A stretch of DNA of 64,000 nucleotides. Origin: Phaeosaccion multiseriatum (Eukaryota > Protista > Ochrophyta, other classes). Positions 37,861 through 49,790 of the stretch are shown in pieces (within the stretch, counting starts at the first letter, position 1; each line of letters begins with the position of its first letter). The DNA lies in contig OZ218957.1 in assembly GCA_965112735.1 (NCBI GenBank), positions 2,852,001 to 2,916,000 of the forward strand, written 5' to 3'. The notes under the pieces are model-generated. The model did no database searches and was not told where the DNA came from. It was given only the letters and a program-made list of their open reading frames with translations. A program made the translations under genes and the position numbers.

Positions 37861-38123
37861 CTGTACATCTTCCACTTAGTCCTGGAGACGACGAAGAGAA
37901 GCCGAAGCCGCAGCAGAAGAGCCTTCTCTGCTGCCAAAGGCGTTACTTTTAGGCAAATCATTGACTTACTCCACCTCTTCGAAACACTGGCTGTGTTCAA
38001 AGTGTTCAACAAGTACAAACAGAGATAGGAAAAAGAAGAAGCAGTGGTTAAGGAGGAGCATTGAAGCAGCGGTCCTTCTTCTGTTTTTGTGGTTCTTCTC
38101 CTTGTCAATCAATTGGCTGTGAA

Positions 38124-39506
38124 ATGGAGGAGGGGGAGGTGGGCGGGGGGAAGAGCAATAGCCCTCCTCTTCCCCCTCCTTCGGATGGTGCCAAAGGTGC
38201 GAGGAGTGCCACGGATACGGATGGAGAAGGTGGGGGGGGGGATATCGGGAGCGGAGACCGCCAGGACGGTCCGGTCTCGCCCTCAGCTCAGAGAAGGAAG
38301 GCAGAAGAAGACAGGCGCAAGAGAGAGAAGGAGGTGAAAGAAGACAGGATCAAGGTGCAGGAGGAGAAGAAGGCGGAGCTCATGAGGCATGTGGCGATGC
38401 TCAGACGCAAGAATCCGAAGGATCTCACAATCTTCGAAAGCATGATCTTGCAGCAGCACCCTCGAAAGCAAAAGCCGCCGCCTCCACCAAGCCCCTTGCC
38501 GCCAATCTCAGAGACTGTTGGCGACGACCGAGCTGCGCAAGGCCACGGTGCTGGGGTTGCTGGTGGTGCTGCTGGTGGTGCTGGGGCTGCGGCACTCGCT
38601 CTAAGCCAGCTCACTGGCCACAACAAGCGCGGAAGCAGTGGTGGTGCCGACACTCGTCAAGGGGGCGCTGGCGGTTCTTCGGGAGCGGCCTGTCAGCAGC
38701 ACCAAGGTGCAGCAGGAAGAGGTGGTTTTGCTCCTGCGGGCTCTTTTTCGGCAGCTGACAAGCATAGTGGCAGCAGCGGCAGCAGGAGTGGTAGTTGCTT
38801 CAGTAGGAGCAGCAGCACCACGAGCAGCAGCAGCAGCATATTCAGTAGCAGCGGCAGCAGCAACAACAACGATGAGAGTGACGCCCCTCGTAGAAGCAGT
38901 GGAGGGGGAGCCTCGGCAGACTCGAATGAATCGCCACTCGCGTCCTCCGCCTCCGGTGATGCTGCTGCTGGAGGGGGAGCAACCCCCGCCGCACCCGGTG
39001 CTGCTGCTGCTGGAGCTGCTGCTGTTGAACCGCCTCTGTCTGATGAGCGCAAACGCGCTCTCGCAGAGGTGGAGAGGCAGCTGCAGATGCAGCTCGAGCC
39101 GCTCCGAAAGAAGGACGAAAGCACCCTCACAGATCTCGAGCGCCTGCTGCTGAGGCGCTTCCAAAAGGGGCAGCCGGCCGGGGGGGAGGCGCGGGGAAGC
39201 AAGAGGCCTCGGCAGGGAGATAATGATGAACCCCTCTCTGCTTCTGTATCACCAAATACTGCTGCTGCTGCTGCTGGTGGTGGTGGTGGTGCTAGTGCTA
39301 GCGGTGGTGGTGGTGGTGATGGTGGCGGTGGACGAGGACCAGTGGACAGCGCTGGCGACGACGGTGATGTCGAGGGGGGGGCTGAGGCTCGTGCTCGAAG
39401 TCGTATGAAGATGAGTGGTGATGGTGATGATGAGGGTGATGATGGTAGTGATGGTGGGAGTGTCAGCGGCCAGAGGGGCAGGGAAGCCGCGACAGGGGGG
39501 GGTTGA
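38124..39506 (+). CDS. Low-complexity hypothetical protein with a duplicated helical motif
   Basis: 460-codon ORF with motifs LRRKNPKDLTIFESMIL and LRKKDESTLTDLERLLL. Confidence 0.45.
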   Translation: MEEGEVGGGKSNSPPLPPPSDGAKGARSATDTDGEGGGGDIGSGDRQDGPVSPSAQRRKAEEDRRKREKEVKEDRIKVQEEKKAELMRHVAMLRRKNPKDLTIFESMILQQHPRKQKPPPPPSPLPPISETVGDDRAAQGHGAGVAGGAAGGAGAAALALSQLTGHNKRGSSGGADTRQGGAGGSSGAACQQHQGAAGRGGFAPAGSFSAADKHSGSSGSRSGSCFSRSSSTTSSSSSIFSSSGSSNNNDESDAPRRSSGGGASADSNESPLASSASGDAAAGGGATPAAPGAAAAGAAAVEPPLSDERKRALAEVERQLQMQLEPLRKKDESTLTDLERLLLRRFQKGQPAGGEARGSKRPRQGDNDEPLSASVSPNTAAAAAGGGGGASASGGGGGDGGGGRGPVDSAGDDGDVEGGAEARARSRMKMSGDGDDEGDDGSDGGSVSGQRGREAATGGG

Positions 39507-39744
39507 GGTGCGACAAGGCAAGCGGCCTCATGGATAGGAGGAGCAATAGCAGCCATTGCTGTGTAACGGCCATTGCCGTGGTGGCGTTTCGGGAGGAGGG
39601 GAAGGTCTCTCGAAGCTTGGGGGGGCACAAAGATGTCGCTCCCTGATGGGGTGGCTGACGCTTACGCTGACACAGCGCTTCCGTGTGTCAGTGAAAGCAG
39701 CAGCAGAGGGCAGTGTCATGACCACCACCAGCCGCACCACTACT

Positions 39745-39777
<33 letters not shown>

Positions 39778-40260
39778 GGAGGAGGAGGAGGCGTGGCAGC
39801 AGCCTTGGTAGCCGCCGAGAGAGCAGAGGGCGTTTGTCAGAAGAGGAGTCTACCCCAATCTCGAGCTGCTGTGGGTGGATGCGTTGATCTGCTTGGGCTC
39901 CACTCCACTCCACACTGCTGCGCTGTGCAGCACATCTTTGGTGGCTGTTGATCTCTTCTTCTCCTGCACTTTGGGTGGTGCGAGGGCGTTGGTGCCATGA
40001 GGACGAGAGGAAGCGCAGCTGACTCCACGGGCCACTAGAGACAGTCCTCGAGAGAGAAGCATTTGCTTGTCTCCGTTGCCGGGCGAGAGTCAGTCAGCCG
40101 TATCGGCGTATGCCTGCCCGACTTTTGTGACTGTCGGTGTAGTGATTGGTTCTCCATCCAACAGGGTGGCGTCACAGATCGGAGTCTACAGCGACTCAAG
40201 AGACAAAAGAGTCAAGGACCCCCGACAGCATCACTTCACTGAGACCGCAGAGGAAGGGTA

Positions 40261-40625
40261 CCCAACGGCATCAGAGCTATGGTGGGGGTGGTACCGGATG
40301 ATAACGTGTGGAGACATGGGGGCTGGATGGGCGGCCCAAGAGGGCAATCTGGAAGTGCTGCAATGGCTGCATGCAAACGCACGGGAGCTGTGCAATTGAG
40401 ATCAATACGTCAGCTGTAGGGCAGTTTCTGACGCCAAGAGTCTCTCCATGCTGCAATGGCTGAGATCGGAGGAGGTCATGTGTCCCTGTCACATTGAACA
40501 CCGCGGCATGCCCACAGTTCTTGAAGAATGCTAATGGTTCTTGGTGGGGTATGGCTCCTGCCGCCTTGGAGGAGATGAAGGAGTGGGTACATGCCAATGG
40601 ACATCCCTGTGACTGCCAGGACTGA
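40261..40625 (+). pseudogene. CPW-ankyrin copy 4, 3' fragment
   Basis: WAAQEGNLEVLQWLHANARELCN*, AKSLSMLQWLRSEEVMCP and AALEEMKEWVHANGHPCDCQD*, with an in-frame stop and frameshifts. Confidence 0.9.
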
Positions 40626-41552
40626 TGGACTCTATCCTCCTTCGGCCTTTGTGGAAGAGCCCAGGTCAGCGCAGAAGCTGTCGATATGGTCCATCGATTA
40701 ATTACTGCCCAGGCTTGAGTGTGTACTGGAAACTTAACATCGCTATTATAGGAATGTGAAGTAAGAGAATAACCAAAATAAAAGAGAGAAAGGCGATTGG
40801 CGAAGGTTTTATATGTTGGCAAACGATCCAACGATGCGGGTGAGTCATTGGTGAGGCAACAACGATCCCCTCCCCCCCTCCTGTCACGGGCAAAGAGATT
40901 TGCTGTTGCTGTTATTATTGTAAACAATTTGACGATGAAGTGTCTCCTCTTCCCATCCACTCCTTCCTTCCTTCTCCCCCCCCCCAACTGCTGCTGACCT
41001 CTCGGTCAATCTATACGGCAACGAAGTCAAGGGAAGCAACACCGGGAAGGAAGGGGATTGATGATTCCCCCGTCTCCTCAGCCAACGAAGCCAATAGTTA
41101 CGCTGCGTGTGCGTGTGCGCGTGTGTGCGTGTGTGCGTGTGAGTCACAGTCACGTCGATCCGTCCTCGGCGCCAAGTAAGTAACAACTGCTAAGGAGAAC
41201 AAAGTATGTCTGCCTTGGTCAGTAAGAACGAGCCACGGCACACACAGACCGGACGCCAAGACTGAGTGAAGTCCATTGCAATCAGGGTCCTCCTCCAATC
41301 CCCCCCCCTCTCCGCCCCCACACGCACACACTCACTCACGTGCGCACCCCCCTGGGCCAGCGCGCCTGCCACAAGCAAATCCCTCTCCAATCCACCCCCC
41401 CGCCCCTCCCATCTACTGCCATCCCCTCCTCCACAATCCACAACCCCCCACCCCCGGGCACTCCAGCCCCCTCCAGCCCTTGCGTCGAGCGAGCAAAGAC
41501 CCATCCTCCCTCCGCCAGGTGTGAGTCATTGAGTCATCCAAACCAAGCCGTA

Positions 41553-44139
41553 TCACCACTCCCTGAGGTCGCTGAGCCTGGGGTCCTCTGCGAGCCTGGA
41601 GTCCATCTCTGCGTACTTCTTGAGAGCACTCTCCTCGTGCTGCACAAGGCGCTGCTCGAGGATTTGGATGCGGAACATGGCCTCCGAGCAGAACTGCTCG
41701 AATTCCTCCTCCGCCATGGCATCTGTGAGTTGTGTGTGTGTGTGTGTGTTTGAGTGCGTGTACGTGTTCATCAGTTGTGAGTTGTGATGGGTGTGAGGGA
41801 GTACAGTCCAACAAGGGGTGGCAAAGGACGGAGAACAACACCAAGCCTTTCCTCCTCCTCCTCCTCCTCCTCCTCCTCCTCCTCCTCCTCCTCCTCCTCC
41901 TCCTCCTCCTCCTCCTCCTCCTTCAACCCACCGTTGTCTCTCTGGTTCCTCTGGAAGGCCGCTTGCTTCTTGGAGAGCATAGCGTTCTCCTCGTTGAGGC
42001 GAGCGTTGATGATGTTGGCACGCTCGAGAAGCCTGTCCTTCAGCGCCTGTTGGTGATACAAGATACAAGGCAGAGAGAGGACACATCACCCACACGTAGG
42101 AAGGTGTGGGAGAGGGGTGAGCGCGCATAACTCTCAGTCGTTTGGTCCCCCTCCTCCCCCCCTGTGTGTGCCCTTCTGCCCCTCTGTCCGTCTTCTCCAC
42201 CCCATCCATATACCTCTACATAAGCCTACACATGGATCGATTCTACTTGCCAGAGGCCAGACCCCCCCCCCCAAACGAGGCGAGAGGGGCACCCTGACTA
42301 AACAATCATACCTTGAGGCATCCGTCCCGGGCCCTCTGCGCCGCCTCCTTTGACATATTCTTGGCGTCGGGCACGTGTGATAAGAAGGGGGTGAGGTAGT
42401 CCACTTGGTTATGAGCGACGTCTGCTGCCATTTCATCTGCTGCCATCGCCTTGGCTTCTCGCCCCTCGGAGCGGGCCAGGGAGGCGGTTTGGTAGATGGG
42501 CAGGCAGATGGCGACGTTCATGTCCTCACTGAGGCGGATGCCCAACGTCTCCAGCATCTCCATGTGGATGTGTCGGGCCTGAAGGGGTGGAGGTTGGGGT
42601 GAGGGAAGACGGTGAGGAGGAAGGTGAGGAGCCCGTCGAAGGAGGGTGAGATTTCAATTCAGTTCATTCGACGGGCGCAACCAATACTTATCAATCGCGG
42701 GAATGGGAGGGGGGTGGACCTATCAGGCCGAAATTTGAAGTGGAAACGCTGTGCTGCTGCTGTGTGATTTGCTGGATATATATATATATATACATATATA
42801 TGCGCACCTCAGTGAAGCAGTCCTTCTCTGACAGCACGACTTGCTGCAAAGTCTCCTCGTCGCCGGAGCTGCCCGTTGTGGACCTTTGTTGTCATGTGGC
42901 GCCATTCGGTGGGGGGGGAGGGGGGGGGAAGGGGAGGTTTGAGGGGTAGACCTTACGGGCAAAGGAAGTTTGTAGGGGTGAAAGTAAAAAGGGGCCGGGT
43001 GGGACATGCCCGAGACTTTCTACCCACGCACCCACCCATCCACCTACCCACCCACCCACCCACCCACCACCCACCCACATGCCCACCCACCCACCCACCC
43101 ACCCCCACCCACGCACGCACCCACGCACCCCACCTCATGACTAACTCACCCATTGCTATCCCCTCCCTGCACTGAGCTGCCCCCCCCCCCTCCCCCTCCT
43201 CCGGGAGCCATGGCGGCGCCCTGCCCTGCCGATGAGTCCTTGTAGTGCGTTCTGTGTCCCCTTGTTGTGGAGTCGTCGTCGTAGTGATGGAGCGTGCGGA
43301 CACGTCCTTCCGACACGTAGTACGTGCGCTTGGCAATGTCGGCTGTGGTTGTTGAGGGTGAGGGGTGTCAGGACAGGGGGGAGTGGGGGCTGTCAGGACA
43401 CGCAGTTCAAATGTCACCAAAAGCATGCCGCACGCACGCACGGACGCACGCATACACGCACACACGCTCACGAACACACACACGCACACACGCACACGCA
43501 CGCACACGCACGCACCGTCGGCCTTCTTGGAGGGGTCTCTCTGGAACTTCTGAGTCATCTTGTAGATAATAAGGTTGCTGTTGCCTGCCCCATCCGCCCC
43601 TCCTCCCAACCCTCCGCCCCCCGGCAGCAGTCCTCCTCCTCCTGCCCCCGAGCTTCCAGAGCCCGCGGCCCCCTCCCCTGCCTGGCTGCTGCTGCCCCCC
43701 GCCCCCCCAGAAACGCTGCCTCCCCTCCCTCCTCCTCCTCCTCCTCCTCCTCCTCCGCCGCCGTCCTTGACGCGATGGCTCCCTGGTAAGAGGTAGGTGT
43801 GGCTGATGCCCGCGGCTGTGGCCTCTGCTTGCGTCATGACGTTGACGCTGCGGTACACAAGCTTGTCGGGGCGGCCTGAGAATGTCTCCACAATCTTTCC
43901 GTTTGTGTGTGTGTGCGTGCGTGTGTGTGTGCGTGCGTGTGTGTGTGCGTGCGTGTGTATGTGTGTGTGTGCGTGTGTGTGTGCGTGTGTGTGTGGGTGT
44001 GTGTGTGCGTGTGTGTGTGCGTGTGTGTGTGTGCGTGTGTGTGTGTGTGTGCGTTTGTGCGTGCGCGTACGCATGGTGCGTGTGGTATGTATGTATGTGT
44101 GTTGTGTGTATGTGAGGTGTGTGTGTGTATGTGAGGTGT

Positions 44140-44174
<35 letters not shown>

Positions 44175-45472
44175 TGTGTGTGTGTGTGTGTGTGTGAGTG
44201 GGTGTGTGAGTGGGTGTGTGTGTGTGAGTGGGTGGGTGTGTGTGGGGGGAGGGGGGCGTTGCCGGTCGATGCGGCGGCGTAGTGATGGTGGAGAGAAGGA
44301 AGATTAGAGTAGACTGCTTGGGGAAGCCTGTAGTATGCGCAATAAGTCAGCGAATCACAGCGATTGTACCACCACCTCACGCACCTTCTTGCCCAGCTCC
44401 TCCACACGGGTTTCCAGACGGTCCAAGCGAGCATCGACGTAAATCTCCATCTCTCTCCTACGGTGGATGGAGGGATGGATGGATGGGTGGATGGATGAGT
44501 GGGTGGGTGGATGGATGGATGGGTGGATAAACAGTCGGAGACGCCGTGAGGAAGTGAAAGAAGGTTGGACCATTTGGAGGCAGCATCATTGTAGAAACAT
44601 AGCCCCAGTCACTGCCTTTCAGTGCCTTCCACTGCCTTCCACTGCCTTCCACTGCCTTCCTCTGCCTCCCTCCCTCACCTCCGGCCGCTCCACTCGACCA
44701 TCTGCTTGAGCCCCCCCGGCCTGCCCGGCAAGTACGCCTCGAACACCTTGCCCAGCAGGGGGTAGCGGATGCGTTTGATGAGCTTGTCCTTGCGGTGCAC
44801 GAACACGTCCCGCACCTGTGTTGGTGGTACAGCACAGTAAGTCAATAAGTCAATAAGTACATAAGCTAAGTCAGTAAGCTGAAGCTTTGACTGGCGGTGC
44901 ACAAACACAAAACAAACACAAACACGAGCACAAGCACGAGCACAAGCCACTCGATGCAAAGACAAAACACTCACCTCCTTGGCGATGGTGCGATTCGCAT
45001 CCTTGTATAGCGTCACACGGCACGTCAGGCCCTGATTGGTGGGGGATGGCAGCGGATGGTCGTCAGGGGATGGCCGGCAGGGAGGGAGGGAGGGAGGGAT
45101 GGCAGGGGGATGACAGGGGGATGACAGGGGGATGACAGGGAGGGAGGGGCTGAGTCTTGCGGTTCTTTCAGTTTCGCTTTGGTTATCTTGCTTTGGGTGG
45201 AGTCATCTCTACATACCCCTCCTTACCTGGCTGTGACAGCTCTCGGCGAAGAGTTCAAGCTTGCTTCTCCGAAAGAGAATGACCCTTTGCCCGTCGGGAG
45301 GATAGCGCAGAGCGTACATCTCCTTACTGAGGTGAAGCTTAGACACCCACGACCGAGGCAAGTCAAGCACGTTGTCTTCCAGCATCTCCTGTAAGAGAGG
45401 AGGGGAGGGATGAGGGGAGGGTGAGAGATGGAGGAAGGAAGGAGGGGGGGGAGGGAGGACGGAAGGAAGAAA

Positions 45473-45553
<81 letters not shown>

Positions 45554-48500
45554 GAAAAAGAAGGACAGAAGCCACCCCCCCACACCACCCATCATCAACT
45601 GCAGCATACCTCCTCCTCGCCCTCGCCCTCCTCGCCCATGAGCTCAAGCCCGGCCGCGGTGAAGCCCCCGGTCCCACCCCCTCCCACTCCTCCCTCCCCC
45701 CCTGCCGATATGCCTCCGACCCCGCCCCCAGTGGCCATCAGACCGCCCACTGCTCCTCCTCCGCCCACTCCTCCTCCACCCTTGTTGGCCTCGGAGACTG
45801 CTCTGGCGAGAGGGTCTATTAAGGCGTACTCCCAAAGTCGCTCATCAAGGGTGTCGAAACTTGTGTTGGCCACGGTCTTGTCCTGAGGGAGGGGAGGGGA
45901 GGGGAGGAGGCGGAGGGGAGGGAGGGAGGGAGGGAGGGAGGGAGGGAGGGGTGGGAGGGAAGGAGGGAGGGAGGGAGAGAGTACGAGTGAGCCTAAAGTC
46001 CAGTGATCGATCGACTCATCCCCCCATCCACACACCCACACACCCACCCACCCACACACACACACACACGCACACACTCACCCACCCAACCCCCCACCCA
46101 TCCATTGACTTAGCACCCAACCCCTACCACACACACACACACACACACCGTCTGCATGTTGGCCCAGAAGTTATCGGCGTTGAAGACCCCCTCCACACTG
46201 AGGTATGGGGACTCGTCCACCGGATACGTCCTTCCTGTCGAGGCCTCGACAAACAGTGTCGAGGTGACACCCATGGCGCCGCCCCTCACCAGGACCCAAC
46301 AGTGCAGCCACGGCTGACGGTCAGCCACACTCACACTCGTGCTACCGCTACCACTACGGCCACGGCCAATACCACTGCTGCCCTCCTCATGGCCCTCATA
46401 GTCAGAGTAGTCTGAGTCATCCTCATCATCCATTGCCCCTCCTCCTCCTGCCCTTCGGCTGCTGCTCCTCCCTCCCTCCTTGGTTTCGTCTCCGGCGAGC
46501 TGACCCCGCCCCCCCTTCTTACCCTTGCCCTTGCCCTTGTCTCTCTTGGTCGGATTCATCTTGTCCCCTCCTTCTCCACCCTCCGGCTTCCTCCTCCTCG
46601 TCAGCTCGTCCTCGTCCTCGTCGCTCTCCCACGCCCCCTTGTCGTCCGCCTCGCTCTCCAAGCGCTTCTTCTCTTGATTCAGCAAAAACTGACTCACGGG
46701 CACCCCGCGAGGCTTCACCGTATAAGGCTTGCATTCCTCTTCGTCCTCCAGCACCCCCCCTCCCGCTCCTCCTCCCCTCCCCTTGCCCCCCCCCCCTGCG
46801 GCACCACCCCCGCCCCCTTCATCCCCTCTCCCCCCTCCCACCGAACCCTCAGCTTCATCCTCCTCTTCGTCTGCGGCGGCGTCTCCGTCCTCCCCTGGGG
46901 CCCCGTCGCCCTCTCCGTCCCCCCCCGGGCCGCCGCCGCCTGCCTTCTCCTCCCCGTCAGCACCTTCGCTTTCCTTCCCCTCCTCCTTCGCCCCTCCTTC
47001 TCCTTCCTCCCCCTTGCCCTCCTTGTCGCCCCCCCCTTCCGCACCCCCCTCCCCCTCTCCCTGACCGTTCTCTTCATCACCCCCCTTGGCCTGCGCTGCG
47101 CTGCTGCTGTCGTCGCCATTTAGTGCCATCGCCCCTCCCCCTGCTCCCCCGTCCCCTCCTGAGCCTCCCTTCTTACCCTCCCCCCCTGCTCCTCCTCCTC
47201 CCCTCCCCTCCTTTCCCTCTGCCTTCCCCGGTGGGTGAATGGCGGGGGGCGCAATGCCGATGCCGTTCTCGTGGGGCATAACTCCATCTGCAGGCATACC
47301 GGTACTCTGCAGCAGCCATAGACCCACGGAACAAGTTGCACAGAGCCACAGAAAAAGAACAAGAGAGAGAGAGAGCCACAGAGTACAGAAAGGAAGCAAG
47401 GACAGAATGATATAGAGCTCAGAGAACAGCGAAGACAGAGCAAGGATAGAGCCACGGAGCAAAAACAAGAGAACCAGACAAGGGTTCTAAAAATAAACTG
47501 AAGCTGAAAGTGCCCACACTCCATACTCCACTCTCCTCTCTCCTCTCTCCTCTCTCCTCTCTCTTCACTGCACTCACCTCAAGATACGGGCAGGTGCTTT
47601 TGGTCTGGTCTCTGAGAGCGATCCAAGCAGGGGCCTTGCCATACACCACGTAGGCGTCGTAGCCGGCCCCAAGCAGCAGAGAGCAGAGCACGGTGCTGAA
47701 GTCGAAGCAGTCTCCGAGGGTCCATTCAAGCACCTGTTTGTTGGTTGGTTGGGTGAGTGGAAGGGAGGGGTGGGTGGGTGGGTGGGGGTTCGGTTGGTTT
47801 AGTTGAAAGGCGTCGAGCGAAGAATCCACTAGCATCAATCACCTACCCCACCCTACGCTACCTTACCCCACCTTACCCTACCTTCCCCTACCTTACCCTA
47901 CCTCACCCTACCTTACCCTACCTTACCCTACCTTACCCTACCTTACCCTACCTTACCCTACCTTACCCTACCTTACCCTACCTTACCCTACCTTACCCTA
48001 CCCTGCTCTCTACCCTACCCTGTACCTGACTGGGGCTGGGCAGCACGGCGGGCACCTCCTTGGGATGCTCAAGGGGCTCGTAGCGGAGGAAGTTGGCCAC
48101 GAAGGACGCGCATTCGTGGAGGTCGTAGATGGCGCGGAAGGGCAGGAGCGTGGGGCGGAGCGTGGTACACACAAATTTCGGCACGCCGTACTCGTTGGGG
48201 AAGGTCAGCAGGAGGCGTCTTTAGGTGTTGGGTAGGGGGATGATGGGTGGGGGGTGGGGGTGGGCGTTGAAGGGACGGGGGGAGAGAGGGGGGGCGTGGG
48301 GGAGGGGGATAGGGTCAGCAGGAGGCGTGTCTTCATAATGGAAAGGGGCGTCCGTCTAAATTGGACGTATGCGGTGCGCAAAACGAAGTGTGGCGATGAG
48401 GCATCTCGGTGGCTCAAGCCAGTGAGTGAGTGAGTGAAATTGGGGAAGGGAGACTGGGTGAGTGTGCTTCCTCCCGACGATAACTGCTCCCTCCCGCTTA

Positions 48501-48821
48501 CCTGTTGGGGTAGAGCCCCTCGAAGGACTTCTTGAAGCCGTCGATGAACTCGAGACACACGGCCTCTTTGCTGCTGTTGCGCAGATATGACTCGGCCGGC
48601 CCCTTTTTTCCATTCGCCCCCCCTCCTCCTGCCCCGCTGCTGCTGTTACTATCGCAGCCGGCCCTCATCACGCCGGCCCCTCCTCCTCCTCCTCCTCCTC
48701 CTCCTCCCCCGCCCATAAGGCCAAGGCTGTCTTGCCTCTCCTGCCGGAGCGCCTTGACGCGCTCTGCCTTGGTGGACCGAAGGCCTTCCCTGCTGAACAC
48801 CACGCCATCGCCGAGCAGCAT
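41553..48821 (-). CDS. DRC7: Dynein regulatory complex subunit 7 (CCDC135/FAP50)
   Basis: Multi-exon. Conserved blocks [115 protein letters not shown] and [12 protein letters not shown]. Confidence 0.93.
47849..48020. repeat. (CCTTACCCTA)n, read as (TAGGGTAAGG)n on the gene strand, in a DRC7 intron
   Basis: About 14 decamer units at 47861-48000. Confidence 0.93.
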
Positions 48822-49790
48822 GGTCCGTCACGTCGGCTCGGCAGCTTCTTTTACTTGTTGTCCTCCTTCTCCTCCTCCTTCTGCTCCTCCTTTGGGGTCT
48901 CTCGTCCCTTTCCTTCTGTTTTTCTTCTCCCTCTTAACCTCTTGGTGCTCCGTTCCACCCCAATGTAACGTTTAAAAAGTTTTAGGTTTCAATTAGGTAG
49001 ACTTGGATCCACGACAGATGCATTCAGTATCAAGATAAAGGATCACAGTCCTTTGACGGACCACTCTTCGTGCAAAGGTATTGCGGGAAGGTTGTGTGCT
49101 CTACGTGTCTTCCTTTTGCGCGAGCGGGAGTGCGAATGGCTATTTTTCATCTATTCTTATCCTTCTTCCCCCCTTTCTCCCTCTCCTCCTTCTCTCTCCT
49201 ATAGAGTAGAGTGTCCCTCTCTGGCCTTTCTCTTGTCCTTGATGTCTCTTTACTGACCCTTTGGTGTGCTTGGAACTTCCGGTTACAGCTCCCATCGCCT
49301 GCCCTTTGTCGGCCTGTTACTGACTACCTTCGCTGTCGATCCGCACTCCCCTCCTTTCGCCCTAAATTTATCGCTGTCGTGTAGAGTCATATAGCCGCTT
49401 GTGCGCAGGAGGGTTGACTCGTCTTAGGACAAAGCGACAACCCACGCGCACCCTCTGCTCGCCTGAGGAGACAGAGCGCTCGAAAGGAAAGAGGAAGCAC
49501 CAGATCAGCAGTTGGTGATACAGCAGCACCAGGTGGACTCGGAGGGGAAGCAGAGGGTGTACGTAGGTTTGTGCGTCCTAAAACTGCCTGGCCCCGGCTG
49601 TAGCTCTCTTTCAGAGCTTTCAGAGGGAGGACTGAGGCCTGAGGACGTCAAAGGAGGCCCGAGGACTCCTAAACTCGCACTCCTTCTCCTTCCCTCCGAT
49701 CCCTCGACTTACAGAGGACTGCCAGAGTAGAAAAAGAAGAAAAGACAGAAAAGATAGAGGGGGGGGGCTCCTGAACGGCGTTAGTCACAG

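Noticed and set aside
13297-40399. In-frame TGA as selenocysteine or recoded Trp in CPW copies 2 and 4
   Set aside because: Both copies also carry deletions and frameshifts, and intact genes use TGG for Trp and TGA as stop
10798-40625. Endogenous giant-virus insertion
   Set aside because: No NCLDV core genes are present, and the CPW genes are interspersed singly among host intron-rich genes
42953-44434. 493-aa HT-rich ORF
   Set aside because: One real DRC7 exon flanked by (AC)n intron sequence
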